64,000 nucleotides of DNA, from NCBI RefSeq assembly GCF_963921235.1, contig NC_086109.1, forward strand, positions 620,001 to 684,000. Reading direction: 5' to 3'. The notes below the pieces were generated by a model. It ran no database searches. It had not been told where the DNA came from and worked only from the letters and a program-made list of their open reading frames with translations. Origin of the DNA: Mobula hypostoma. Taxonomy: Eukaryota. A program made the position numbers and the translations under genes. Below are positions 48,595 to 59,841 of the stretch, piece by piece (position 1 is the stretch's first letter; each line of letters begins with the position of its first letter).

Positions 48595-51500
48595 ATGGAG
48601 TCTATCATTAATTTTGTCTCCTGGAATACTAATGGTCTTAATCATCCTATTAAAAGGAAAAAAGTTTTTAAAGTGTTCCGGAGACTTAAAGCACAAATTT
48701 TATTTTTACAAGAGACCCATGTGCGGAGGGGGGACAGACTACGTTTTTTTAAATTCTGGAAGAGACAACAGTTTCATTCGAACTCCAATGCTAAGATTCG
48801 AGGCGTCTCTATTTTTATAGACTCCTCAGTTACTTTTATACAACATGATATTATTTCTGATCCGAATGGTAGATTTCTATTGGTTAGTGGTTTACTATTT
48901 AATAAAAAAGTAGTTTTGGTTAATGTTTATGCTCCTAATATGGACTGTCCGGAATTTTATAAATCATTATTTAATCAGTTTCCGAATTTGAATGAGTTTT
49001 CATTGATCTGGGGCGGAGATCTTAATACCTGTTTGTCTCCAGCTTTGGGCCGTTCGGCTCCTTTACGGACCTTACCTAATAAATCTGCAACTTTGATTAA
49101 TTCATTCCTTTCTGATTCTGGGTCGACGGACATTTGGCGTTTTTTGCATCCTCAGGAAAAAGATTTTTCTTTTTTTTCACATGTTCATCATTCCTATTCA
49201 AGATTTGATTATTTCTTTATTGATTCTCGTCTTATTTCCTCAGTGATTAAATGTGATTATGACTCTATAACCATTTCGGATCATGCTCCACTTAAGCTTT
49301 CTATTAAAATTCTGGCCAATATACAAAATAATAGACAATGGCGTTTTAATTCGCTGTTGCTTCAGGACTCGGACTTTGTTAACTTTATGAATGAACAGAT
49401 TGATCTTTTTTTTACAATTAACTATACAGAGGATATTTCTGTCAACATTCTTTGGGACACTTTTAAAGCTTATATTCGTGGTCAGATTATCTCGTATTCT
49501 GCTACTTTGAGGAAGAAGCTGAAGCAGGAGGAGTTGGTAATTGTGGACAAGATTAAGGAAATTGATAAGAAATATGTTATAGCTCCTTCTGAGGAGTTAT
49601 ATAAACAAAGAACTGAACTTCAAATGGAACACAGTTTATTACTCTCGTCCTCGATTGTAAACCAATTAAAGAAAACAAGAAGTGAATTTTATGTACACAG
49701 TGACAAAATTGGCAAACTGTTGGCTAATCAATTGAAGTCTAATTATGCTAAATCTCAAATTAATCAGATTTATAACCAAAATGATCGACTGATACTTGAT
49801 CATGTGGGGATTAATCAAACCTTCTGTGATTTTTACTCTTCCTTATATTAATCAGAGTCTCCTCGAGATTCTAAATATATGAATGATTTTTTAGATAATT
49901 TAGACTTCCCTGAGATTTCACAGGATATGTCTTCTATGTTAGATACTCCCATTACCATGGATGAGATTAAGAATGTTATTTTCTCTATGAATTTGGGGAA
50001 AGCTTCTGGCCCTGATGGGTTTACCGTAGAATTTTATAAATGTTTTGCTCCTTCGTTAATCCCTTGGCTCTGTAGGGTTTTTGAGGCTTCATTGAAACTT
50101 GGTAAACTTCCTGATTCTTTCAATAGAGCATCAATTTCTCTAGTATTAAAGAAGGATAAAGATCCTGCTCAATGTGCATCTTATAGACCAATATCTTTAT
50201 TAAATGTTGATTCTAAAGTTTTTTCTAAGTTATTAGCAAATAGATTAGAAAAAGTACTTCCTTCTATTATTTCAGAAGACCAAACGGGTTTTATTAAAGC
50301 AACATACATCAAAGTTGCTGCTTGGCCTGCTGCGTTCACCAGCAACTTTGATGTATGTTGCTTGAATTTCCAGCATCTGCAGAATTCCTGTTGTTTGGGT
50401 TTTATTAAAGGTCGTTACTCTTTTTATAATATTCGCACACTGTTAAATATCGTTTATACTCCATCACAAAATGTTCCTGAGTGTGTTATCGCTTTAGATG
50501 CTGAGAAAGCTTTTGATAGAGTAGAATGGCCTTATTTATTTAAGGTGCTTGAAATGTTTAATTTTAGCTCGAAATTTATATCCTGGATTAAACTGTTATA
50601 TCATTCTCCTGTGGCCTCGGTCCGTACTAACTCTTTAAGTTCACCTTTTTTCCCTCTTTTTTGAGGTACTCGACAAGGTTGTCCTCTTAGTCCCTTATTA
50701 TTTGATATTGCATTAGAACCTCTTGCAATTGCCATTCGAGAATCTCCAAATATTACTGGGATAACTCGGGGCTTAAAGTCCCATAAATTATCACTCTATG
50801 CTGATGATTTACTTTTATATATTTCCAATCCTCAGAAATCCATCCTGGCTGTTTTAGAGCTATTAGCACAATTTGGTCTTTTTTCAGGTTATAAATTAAA
50901 TCTTAGTAAGAGTGAACTCTTTCCGATTAATAAACAACTTCCCTTATATTATAAATTTCCATTTAAATTGATTAATAATTATTTTTCATATCTTGGGATT
51001 AAAATTACTTGTAAATACAAAGATTTATTTAAGACTAACTTTTTACCATTAATAGACCATATTATTCAACTTTCAATCTAAATGGTTTCCTTTATATTTA
51101 ACTTTGATTGGTCGTATTAATGCAGTTAAGATGTTTTTTTTTGCCAAAATTTTTATATATATTTCAGGCATTACCAATCTTTGTTCCAAAATCTTTTTTT
51201 GACAAAGTTGACTCTAAAATTTCTTCATTTATTTGGCAGAATAAAAACCGAGACTGGGTAAGATACATTTACAGAAAGCTAAGAGAGATGGAGGCTTAGC
51301 ATTACCTAACTTTAGATTTTATTATTGGGCAATTAATATTCGACAAATGAAATTCTGGTTACTCGACCAGGATATACTATCCATTCCTAAATGGGTAGTA
51401 TTGGAATTACAATCTGTTCAGGGTTTTACACTTGGTTCTATTTTAGGTTTCTCTCTTCCTTTTGATTTGAAATGCCTTAAACAGGTGTCTAACCCGATAG

Positions 51501-52482
51501 TTAAACATACCTTATGTATTTGGTTTCAATTCAGAAAATTTTTTGATCTTAATCAATTTGGGTTAGCGATTCCTATTTTAGGTAACATATTTTTTCCTCC
51601 CTCCTTTACGGATCGTGCTTTTCAAATTTGGAAGACTAAGGGTATTTCACGGTTTTTGGTTTATTTTTAGATGGTTCCCTTATGTCTTTTGAACAATTAT
51701 CTAATAAATATAACTTATCAAGAATACATTTTTTTAGATATCTACAAGTTAGAAATTTCCTAAGTACTATACTTTCTTCCTTTCCAATGCTTCCTCCTAC
51801 ATACATTTTAGATACTATAATCAACCTTAATCCATGTCAGAAAGGTGCATCGGCTATGATTTATAATATTATTATGAAACTTAGGAAAGCTCCATTTGAT
51901 AAGATTAGGGTAGATTGGGAACAGGAATTGGGGTTTACCATTTCCATGGATGACTGGGGGCAGATTTTACAATTAGTCAATACTTCCTCTATCTGTGCTA
52001 AACATTCCCTAATTCAATTTAAAGTTGTTCATAGAGCTCATATGTCCAAAGATAAGTTAGCGCACTTTTATTCTCATATTAATCCTTTTTGTGATAGATG
52101 TCCGGGGCAGATAGCCTCTTTAACTCATATGTTTTGGTCTTGCCCTACTTTGGAAACTTTTTGGAGAGACATTTTTAATATTATCTCCAAGGTATTGAAT
52201 ATAGATATCTTTCCTCACCCTATTACTGCTATCTTTGGACTACCTAAAATTTCCAGTAATCTTTCCCCTTCAGCCCATAGAATGATTGCATTTCTTACTT
52301 TAATGGCGAAAAGATCTATCTTACAACATTGGAAAGAGCTTAATGCTCCAACTACCTTTTTTCGGTTTTCTCAGACGATATTATGCTTGAATCTGGAGAA
52401 AATTAGAAGCAATCTTTATGACTCCTCATTTAAATTAGAACAGACTTGGAGATCTTTTATTCAATATTTTCATTTAATGTAA
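48595..52482 (+). pseudogene. L1 ORF2 (APE endonuclease, reverse transcriptase, C-terminal CCHC), disrupted
   Basis: EN motifs SWNTNGL, LQETH, GGDLN, SRFDY, SDH. RT motifs GPDG, YRPISLL, DAEKAFD, GTRQGCPLSP, YADD (50797-50808), YLGI. CDRC...H..WSC knuckle. Stops at 49849 and 50662, several frameshifts after ~51075. Confidence 0.95.
50300..50396 (+). mobile_element. 97-bp Penelope-like pLTR-end micro-insertion with fold-back inverted repeat, nested in L1 ORF2
   Basis: 14-bp TSD GGGTTTTATTAAAG (50286-50299 and 50397-50410). Perfect 21-bp inverted repeat caacatacatcaaagttgctg / cagcaactttgatgtatgttg. Resembles the Penelope ends at 62575-62620 and 58944-58987 (reverse). Confidence 0.85.
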
Positions 52483-52811
52483 TATATACCCTTCTTGTTT
52501 TTTTTTTACTGTTTTTAATGGAGGTCGGGATTGAGGACGTGATTTTAAGTTTAACTCTGTTTGGTTTCTAGTTAGCCCATTGCTTTGCTTTGCTTTTAGT
52601 TAGTTGCACGATGGGGTTTTTTTTGGGGGGGAGGGTTTCCTTTTCTCTATTGATATACATATAAAATTAGTATACTATTATGTTACCTTGGTATGTTACG
52701 TTTAAATTACATTATTTGTAGTATTTTTTTTGCATTAATATCTTCTGTAATTTTATTATATTCTAACAGTGTATTAGTGTCTATCTGGCTTAACTTTTTG
52801 TATACTTATAC

Positions 52812-52817
52812 AATAAA
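52812..52817 (+). promoter_or_regulatory. L1 polyadenylation signal AATAAA
   Basis: AATAAA immediately before the AAAAACAAAA tail and the right TSD. Confidence 0.75.
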
Positions 52818-52833
52818 CAGATTTAAAAACAAA

Positions 52834-55800
52834 AGGAGATTCAGTGTAGAAGGTTCACGTCAGCACTTTGAAGGCATGAGTTTCAGGGCAGGAGATTCAT
52901 GGCAGGAGTTTCACGTCAGGAGATTCAGGGCAGATGTGTCACGTCAGTAGTTTGAAGGCATGAGTTTTAGGGCAGGAGATTCAGGACAGGAGTTTCAGGG
53001 TCGTACTTTCAGGGAAAGAGTTTTCGGGCAGGAGTTTCAGCGCAAGAGATTCAGGGCAGCAGTTTCAGCGCAGGAGTTTCCGGGCAGCAGTATCCTGGCA
53101 GCAGTTTCAGGGCATGAGATTCAAGGCAGGAGTTTCAGGGCATGAGTTGCAGGGCATGTGTTTCAGCTCACGAGATTCAAGGCAGGAGTTTCAGGACTAT
53201 AGTTTCAGGGCAGGAGTTTCAGGCCATGAGTTTCAGAGCAGGAGTTTCACTTCAGGAGATTCAGTGCAGAAGTTTCATGTCAGGAGTTTGAAGGCATGAG
53301 TTACAGGGCTAGAGATTCAGGGCAGGAGTTTCAGGGCAGCAGTTTCAGGGCATGAGATTCAGGGCAGGAGTTTCAGGGCAGCAATTTCAGGGCATGAGAT
53401 TCAGGGCAGGAGTTTCAGGTCATGAGATTCAGGGCAGGAGTTTCAGGGCATGAGATTCTGGGCAGGAGTTTCAGGGCAGCAGTTTCCGGGCAGCAGTTTC
53501 AGAGCATGAGATTCAAGGTGGGAGTTTCATGCAGGAGTTTCAGGGCAGCAATTTCAGGGTAGGAGTTTCAGGGCAGCAGTTTCAGGGCAGCACTTTCAGG
53601 GCAGCAGTTTCAGGGCAGCAGTCTCAGGGCAGCAGTTTCAGGGCAGGAGATTCAGGAGAGGAGTTTCAGAGCAGGAGTTTCCGGGCAGCAGTTTCAGGTC
53701 ATGAGATTCAAGGCAGGACTTTCAGGGCTGTAGTTTCAGGGCAGGAGTTTCAGGACATGAGTTTCAGAAAAGGAGTTTCACGTCAGGAGATTCAGTGCAA
53801 AAGTTTCAGGTCAGGAGTTTGAAGGCATGAGTATCAGGGCAGGAGATTCAGGGCAGGAGATTCAGTGCAGGAGTTTCAGGGCAGGAGATTCATGGTAGTT
53901 GTTTCAGGATTGTAGGTTCAGGCAGGAGTTGTACGGCAGGAGATTCAGGGCAGCAGTTTCAGGGCAGTAGTTTCAGGGCAGGAATTTCAGGGCAGGAGTT
54001 TCAGGGAAGGAGTTTCAGGGCATGAGAGTCTGGGCAGGAGTTTCAGGGCAGCAGTTTCCGGGTAGCAGTTTCAGAGCATGAGATTCAAGGATTCAAGGTG
54101 GGGGTTTCAGGGCAGGAGTTTCAGGGTAGGAGTTTCAGTGCAGGATATTCAGGTCATGAGTTTCACGTGTGGAGATTCAGTGCAGAAGTTTCCGGTCAGG
54201 AGTTTGAAGGCATGAGTTTCAGGGCAGGAGTTTCAGGGCAGGAGATTAAGGGCGGCAGTTTCATGGCAGGAGATTCAGGGCAGCAGTTTCAGGGTAGTTG
54301 TTTCAGGGCTGTAGTTTCAGGCAGGAGTTTCAGGACAGGAGTTTCAAGTCATGAGATTCATGGCAGGAGTTAAGGGCTGTAGTTTCAGGGCAGGAGTTTC
54401 AGGGCAGGAGATTAAGGGCAGGAGATTAACGGCATGAGATTCAATGGAGGAGATTCAGGGCAGAAGTTTCAGGGCAGGAGTTTTACGGCTTGAATTTCAG
54501 GGCTTGAGTTTCAGGGCAGGAGTTTCAGGGCAGGAGTTTCAGGGCAGGAGTTTCAGGGCAGGAGATTCAGGGCAGGAGTTTCAGGGCAGGAGTTTCAGGG
54601 CAGGAGTTTCAGGGCAGTGGTTTCAGTGCAGTAGTGTCAGGCCAGGAGCATTCGACCAGTAGTTTCAGGACATGAGTTTCAGAGAAGGAGTTTCACGTCA
54701 GGGGATTCAGTGTAGAAGGATCAGGTCAGCAGTTTGAAGGCATGAGTTTCAGGGCAGGAGATTCATGGCAGGAGTTTCAAGGCAGGAGATTAAGGGCAGC
54801 AGTTTCAGGGCTGTAGTTTCACTGCAGGAGTTTTAGGGCAGGAGCTTCAGGATAGCAGTTTCAGGGCATGAGATTCAGGGCAGGAGTTTCACGTCAGGAG
54901 ATTCAGGGCAGATGTGTCAGGTCAGTAGTTTGAAGGCATGAGTTTTAGGGCAGGAGATTTTGGGCTGGAGTTTCAGGGAAGGAGATTCAGGACAGGAACT
55001 TCAGGGTCGTACTTTCAGGGAAAGAGTTTTCGGGCAGGAGTTTCAGCGCAATAGATTCAGGGCAGCAGTTTCAGCGCAGGAGTTTCAGGGCAGCAGTTTC
55101 CGGGCAGCAGTTTCAGGGCATGGGATTCAAGGCAGGAGTTTCAGGGCAGTAGTGTCAGTGCTGTCGTTTCAGGGCAGGTGTTTCAGGGCAGGAGTTTCAG
55201 GGCATGAGATTCAAGGCAGGTGTTTCAGGTTATTTGTTTTAGAGTTATAGTTACTGGGCAGGAGTTGTAGGGCAGGAGTTTCAGGGCAGCAGTTTCAGGG
55301 CATGAGATTCAGGGCAGGAGTTTCAGTTCATGGGATTCAGTGCAGTAATTTCAGGGCAGGAGTTTCAGGGCAGGCGATTCAGGGGAGGAGTTTCAGTGCA
55401 TGAGATTCTGGGCAGGAGTTTCAGGGCAGCAGTTTCCTGGTAGCAGTTTCAGAGCATGAGATTCAAGGTGGGAGTTTCAGCGCAGGAGTTTTAGGGCAGC
55501 AATTTCAGGGTAGGGGTTTCAGGGCAGGAGTTTCAGGGCAGGAGATTCAGGGCAGGAGATTCAGGGCAGGAAATTCAGGGCAGGAGATTCAGGGCAGGTG
55601 TTTCAGGGCAATGGTTTCAGTGCAGTAGTTTCAGGCCAGGAGCTTTCGGCCAGTAGTTTCAGGACATGAGTTTCAGAGAAGGAGTTTCACGTCAGGCGAT
55701 TCAGGGCAGATGTGTCAGGTCAGCAGTTTGAAGGCATGAGTTTCAGGGCAGGAGATTCATGGCAGGAGTTTCAGGGAAGGAGATTCAGGCGGGAGCTTCA

Positions 55801-57041
55801 GGGTCGTAGTTTCAGGGAAAGAGTTTTCGGGCAGGAGTTTCAGCGCAAGAGATTCAGGGCAGCAGTTTCAGCACAGGAGTTTCAGGGCAGCAGTTTCCGG
55901 GCAGCAGTTTCAGGGCAAAAGATTCAAGGCAGGAGTTTCAGGGCATGAGTTGCAGGGCATGTGTTTCAGCTCACGAGATTCAAGGCAGGAGTTTCAGGAC
56001 TATAGTTTCAGGGCAGGAGTTTCAGGCCATGAGTTTCAGAGCAGGAGTTTCACTTCAGGAGATTCAGTGCAGAAGTGTCATGTCAGGAGTTTGAAGGCAT
56101 GAGTTACAGGGCTGGAGATTCAGGGATTCAAAGTGGGGGTTTCAGGGCAGGAGTTTCAGGGTAGGAGTTTCGGTGCAGGAGATTCAGGGCAGGAGTTTCA
56201 GAGCAGCAGTTTCCGGGAAGCAGTTTCAGAGCATAGGATTCAAGGATTCAAAGTGGGGGTTTCAGGGCAGGAGTTTCAGGGCAGGAGTTTCAGGGTAGGT
56301 GTTTCAGTGCAGGAGATTCAGGGCAGGTCATTCAGGGCAGGAGTTTCCGCGCAGCAGTTTCAGGGCATGAGATTCAAGGCAGGAGTTTCAGGACATGAGT
56401 TTCAGGACATGAGTTTCATGTCATGAGTTTCAGAGAAGGAGTTTCACGCGTGGAGATTCAGTGCAGAAGTTTCAGGTCAGGAGTTTGAAGGCATGAGTTT
56501 CAGGGCAGGAGGTTCAGGGCAGGAGATTAAGGGCAGCAGTTTCATGGCAGGAGATTCAGGGCAGCAGTTTCAGGGTAGTTGTTTCAGGGCTGTAGTTTCA
56601 GTGTAGGAGTTTCTGGGCAGCAGTTTCAGGTCATTAGATTCAGTGTAGGAGTTTCAGGGCAGTAATTTAAGGGCAGGAGTTTCAGGGCAGGATTTTCTGG
56701 GCAGGGGTTTCAGGGCAGTAGTGTCAGGGCTGTCGTTTCAGGGCAGGGGTTTCAGGGCAGGAGTTTCAGGGCAGGAGATTCTGGGCAGGAGGTTCAGGGC
56801 TGCAGTTTCCGGGCAGCAGTTTCAGAGCATGAGGTTCAAGGTGGGAGTTTCAGGGCAGGAGTTTCAGGGCAGGAGTTTCTGGGCAGGAGTTTCGGGGTAG
56901 TTGTATCAGGTCATGAGATTCAGGGCAGGAGCTTCAGCACAGTAGTTTCAGGGCAGGAGTTTCAGGTCATGAGATTCAAGGCAGGAGTTTCAGGGCAGCA
57001 GTTTCAGGGCAGGAGTTTCAGGGCAGGGGTTTCACGTCAGG
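52834..57041 (+). repeat. Same 14-bp satellite, right segment; divergent and mostly monomeric after ~53400; begins with the right TSD (52834-52853)
   Basis: Same monomer and orientation, more private substitutions and small indels, no long exact period. Ends abruptly at ...TTTCACGTCAGG. Confidence 0.96.
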
Positions 57042-57480
57042 TGACCCTATTGACATGAATGGGTCTGCAGTTGATAGGGTGAGTAATTTCAAGTTCCTCA
57101 GTATAGACATCTGCGATGATATCACCTGAATTGTACATACCGGCTGTGTGGTGAAAAAAGCACAATAGTGCTTCTTTCACTTTAGAGGGCTGAAGAAGTT
57201 TGGCACGAATCCCCAAATCTTCAGGACTTTAACAGGGGCACCATCAAGAGCATCCTGACTGGCTGTGTCTGTGCCTGCTCTGGGAACTTTACTACTCTCA
57301 ATCACAGGGCACTGCAGAAAATGTTGTGGACAATCCATCGCATCTGTGGATGTGAATTTTCCTCTACTCAGGACATTTACTGCAGTAGATGCATAAACAG
57401 AGCCCAGAGGATCATCAGGGACTCCAGCCACCCTAACCACAAACTATTTCAGCTGCTTCCATCTAGCAAATGGTACCACA
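57042..57480 (+). mobile_element. Rex1/Babar-type LINE, degraded 3' ORF fragment
   Basis: Translates to PIDMNGSAVDRVSNFKFL...VVKKAQ*CFFHFRGLKKFG...GTIKSILTGC...RAQRIIRDSSHPNHKLFQLLPS, matching the post-RT (DUF1891-like) region of Rex/Babar. Confidence 0.85.
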
Positions 57481-57886
57481 GGTTATGTGCTTTATGGTTG
57501 GCTATGTGGGTGTATATATAGAGTGTGAGTGGTTGCCGCCCATGCTTATGTATTTGTAGGGTCTGCTCCTCAAGTTCTAGTTGGACTACAGCCCTACACT
57601 CCTGACTTTGGGTACTTGGTGGAAAGGGGTTGAGGTGGGATAGTCAGGAGATCTTCTTTTCAACTATCTCCTGAGCCCGACCAAGGTGATCAAGGCAGAG
57701 TGCGAACAGCAACCTGCCCAGCCGACTGCCGGTACCTCTTATGAGGATATACCCTTCCAGGTGTCCCCGGAGAGGGAACATGTGCTGTCCATGAGCACCT
57801 TGGGAGGGTGTTCCAGGACTGGGGGATGCCAAGGGAGTTTGACGGCATCGTAAAAAAGGGTAATCGTGTTTTTAATTCTAATAAAA
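57481..57886 (+). mobile_element. Tx1-like L1-clade LINE, degraded 3' end
   Basis: Fragments VYIECEWLPP..YL*GLLLKF*LDYSPTLL, GDLLFNYLL, ADC, VSPEREHVLSMSTL, FQDW resemble the Tx1 ORF2 C-terminus. AATAAAA at ~57880. Confidence 0.7.
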
Positions 57887-57899
57887 TCACATATATTAT

Positions 57900-57905
57900 T
57901 TTATT
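57900..57905 (-). promoter_or_regulatory. Candidate calsequestrin polyadenylation signal (AATAAA on minus)
   Basis: TTTATT on +, ~805 nt downstream of the stop codon. No transcript evidence. Confidence 0.35.
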
Positions 57906-58710
57906 TTTTCTTAAGAAAGAATATGTGAGCAAGGAAGGGAGGAGAATGGCAGTATGAGAAAGGCAGGCAGTGAGGGGGAGAAGGGATGAAAGAGAAGGAC
58001 CAACATTGAGGAAAAGTGTGAGGAGAGAGGAAGCCAGGACAGAAAATGGAGGAACTAAGGAGAAAAGTTTGCAGACTGACCCTGCAGAGGCAGAGAGTGC
58101 GAACAAACAGGGGAAGTAACCTCTTGCACTAGTACTCTTACCTTTATCTAGTTGTCATTTTTGCACAAGAGTAAATAGTGTACAATTAGTGTTAATATAA
58201 CATTGGGATCATATGTCTGTCCTCATCTATTAACGCACTGTTCTGCTCCTGCATGAAGTAAGTTTTATGGTATTTATACCCTTTGGCATATTCGTCAACA
58301 ACAACACTAAATATGAACATGGAAGAAGGAAGAGTGGCTGACCCAGGGAAGGTCAGAAGTCATCAGACCATGTTGTGAGATCTACCTGCCCTGTTCACCC
58401 AGGTTTGCGGGATTCACTGGATGTTTGCTCAGATGCTGTGTGAGGTGTGGGGACCACGTTAATCTCCTTTCCCCAGCTTCCCAAAAAAGAGACTGGTCTG
58501 TTATCTTAGTGTCTTGTTTATATTTTCTTTCTCTTTACCTCTATTCCCACGAGATTTTCGTGCTGATTTCTCAATAGAAAAAGATTAAGTTAAAGAGCTT
58601 TACAGATAGAAAAAAGAACATCAGGTGGCGTCTGCCAGGAGTGGAAATGCAGGGGCAGACCAGAGTATCATCCACCTGCAACTGAACAATGGCTGCTGAT
58701 TGAATGGCGA

Positions 58711-58887
58711 TTAATCATCGTCATCATCCTCATCGTCGTCGTCATCATCATCACCATCATCGTCGTCATCGTCATCATCATCATCTTCTGTGTTGATCTC
58801 GCCTGAAAGTACGTCTTCAATCCAGTCCTCTAGCTCATCAGTGCTGGGTAGGTCATCCTCATCCATGTCAAGCCAGACGCTGTCGGC
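58711..58887 (-). CDS. CASQ: Calsequestrin, last coding exon (CASQ1 vs CASQ2 unresolved)
   Basis: Minus-strand translation [35 protein letters not shown]10-G-D7-E-D5-stop is the calsequestrin C-terminus with its Asp tail. Phase-0 AG acceptor at 58889-58888 follows a pyrimidine tract. Intact, 59 codons. Confidence 0.95.
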   Translation of the reverse strand, partial: ADSVWLDMDEDDLPSTDELEDWIEDVLSGEINTEDDDDDDDDDDGDDDDDDDEDDDDD

Positions 58888-58942
58888 CTGCAGCCATAGA
58901 GAGAGAGAGAGAGGGGAAGACTAAGAGGGAAGAGAGGGAAGG
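58888..58942 (-). promoter_or_regulatory. 3' splice site: polypyrimidine tract including (TC)n, then CAG acceptor
   Basis: Minus strand reads ...tcttcccctctctctctctctctatggctgcag|GCCGAC. Confidence 0.85.
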
Positions 58943-58987
58943 CACAAGAGATTCTGGAGATGGAAATTTGGAGAGCACACACAAAAT

Positions 58988-59775
58988 CTATCAACAGCTC
59001 TATTTCCATCTTTAATATCTTTATTTTTCCCTTTCAGTGTTCTTTTGAAGACCCTGACCTGGAGTTACATGCAGACTTCGGTTCTTTGGAGGAATGGGAC
59101 CTGTTCTCGGGGTTTCAGGACCGGCTGTTGTTGCTCGGCATGCCAAGGGGTTGGCCTGAGAGTCCGGCTGAAATTTGAAAGCCTAAGATCTCAGGGCTCT
59201 GGAGACGGGTGAATTGAGGGTCGGTGTCCCGACAGGAGACCTGTGTGTCATCGGGGAGGCCGGAAAATCTTTCGCTGTGGGCCCGTAGATCCGAGATCTT
59301 TACGATCTTCAGGCACAGAGCTTGTAAAAAGCGACGAAATTGACTTTTTAATATCGTAAACTAGCAGGTTGTTGTTATCTCTCCCGTTCGCTGTGAAAAT
59401 GGGGGACACCTCCCTCTCCCTTATTAGGGAGAGAGAGAACCTGTAGTTTGTCAGTTGCTGGATGAAAAGCGGTAGTCTTTGGGGTAACTGCAATGTCTAT
59501 GTATTTGCTATCGCCTAGCTCATGCTTGTGCTCGATAGCGGGTGTGCTTTTTTTGCTGAGGAGGGGGAGGGGGGATTGTTGCTTGTTGCCGCAACGCGCA
59601 GGAGGGGAGAGCTGGGGGGGACTTTGGAGTTCTTATGTTTAACTGCCGTTCATTCTTTGGGGCACTTCTCTGTTTTCGTGGATGTTTGTGAAGAAAAAAC
59701 ATTTCAGGATGTATATTGTATACATTTTTCTGACATTAAGTTGGACCTTTGGACCTTTGGACCTTTGAACCTTTG
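58988..59775 (+). mobile_element. ~790-bp non-coding SINE-like retroelement with a (TGGACCTT)n-type tandem 3' tail
   Basis: Interrupts the Penelope end at AAAT/AAAT (58984-58987, 59776-59779). Ends in 4-5 tandem 8-mers. No recognisable protein. Family not identified. Confidence 0.65.
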
Positions 59776-59841
59776 AAATACTGAAGGAACTCAGCAGATC
59801 AAGAATCATCTGTGGAGGGAAAAGAGCAATCTTGCCAGCTG

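Larger units (their letters stand above)
47670..52833 (+). mobile_element. L1-clade non-LTR retrotransposon, 5'-truncated within ORF1, inactivated
   Basis: ORF1 C-terminal remnant, T-rich spacer, EN-RT-CCHC ORF2, 3' UTR with AATAAA and a short A-rich tail, all flanked by a 20-bp TSD of satellite sequence. Confidence 0.96.

Noticed and set aside
48595..52482. Active L1 or domesticated RT gene
   Set aside because: 5'-truncated, with in-frame stops at 47765, 49849 and 50662, frameshifts and a nested insertion.
514..56426. Dozens of + strand ORFs with repeats such as GVSGQEFQGRSFRA
   Set aside because: Three 14-mers give a stop-free 14-aa repeat in every + frame, while the minus strand has TGA in each monomer. 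Variant stops and 1-bp indels are frequent and are copied with the HOR, so there is no sign of coding constraint.
57644..58106. Minus-strand 62- and 138-aa ORFs
   Set aside because: They span the Tx1 remnant and the purine-rich putative 3' UTR, with no recognisable protein.
58714..58785. (ATC/GTC)n trinucleotide microsatellite
   Set aside because: It is the Asp-coding tail of the calsequestrin exon, not an independent repeat.
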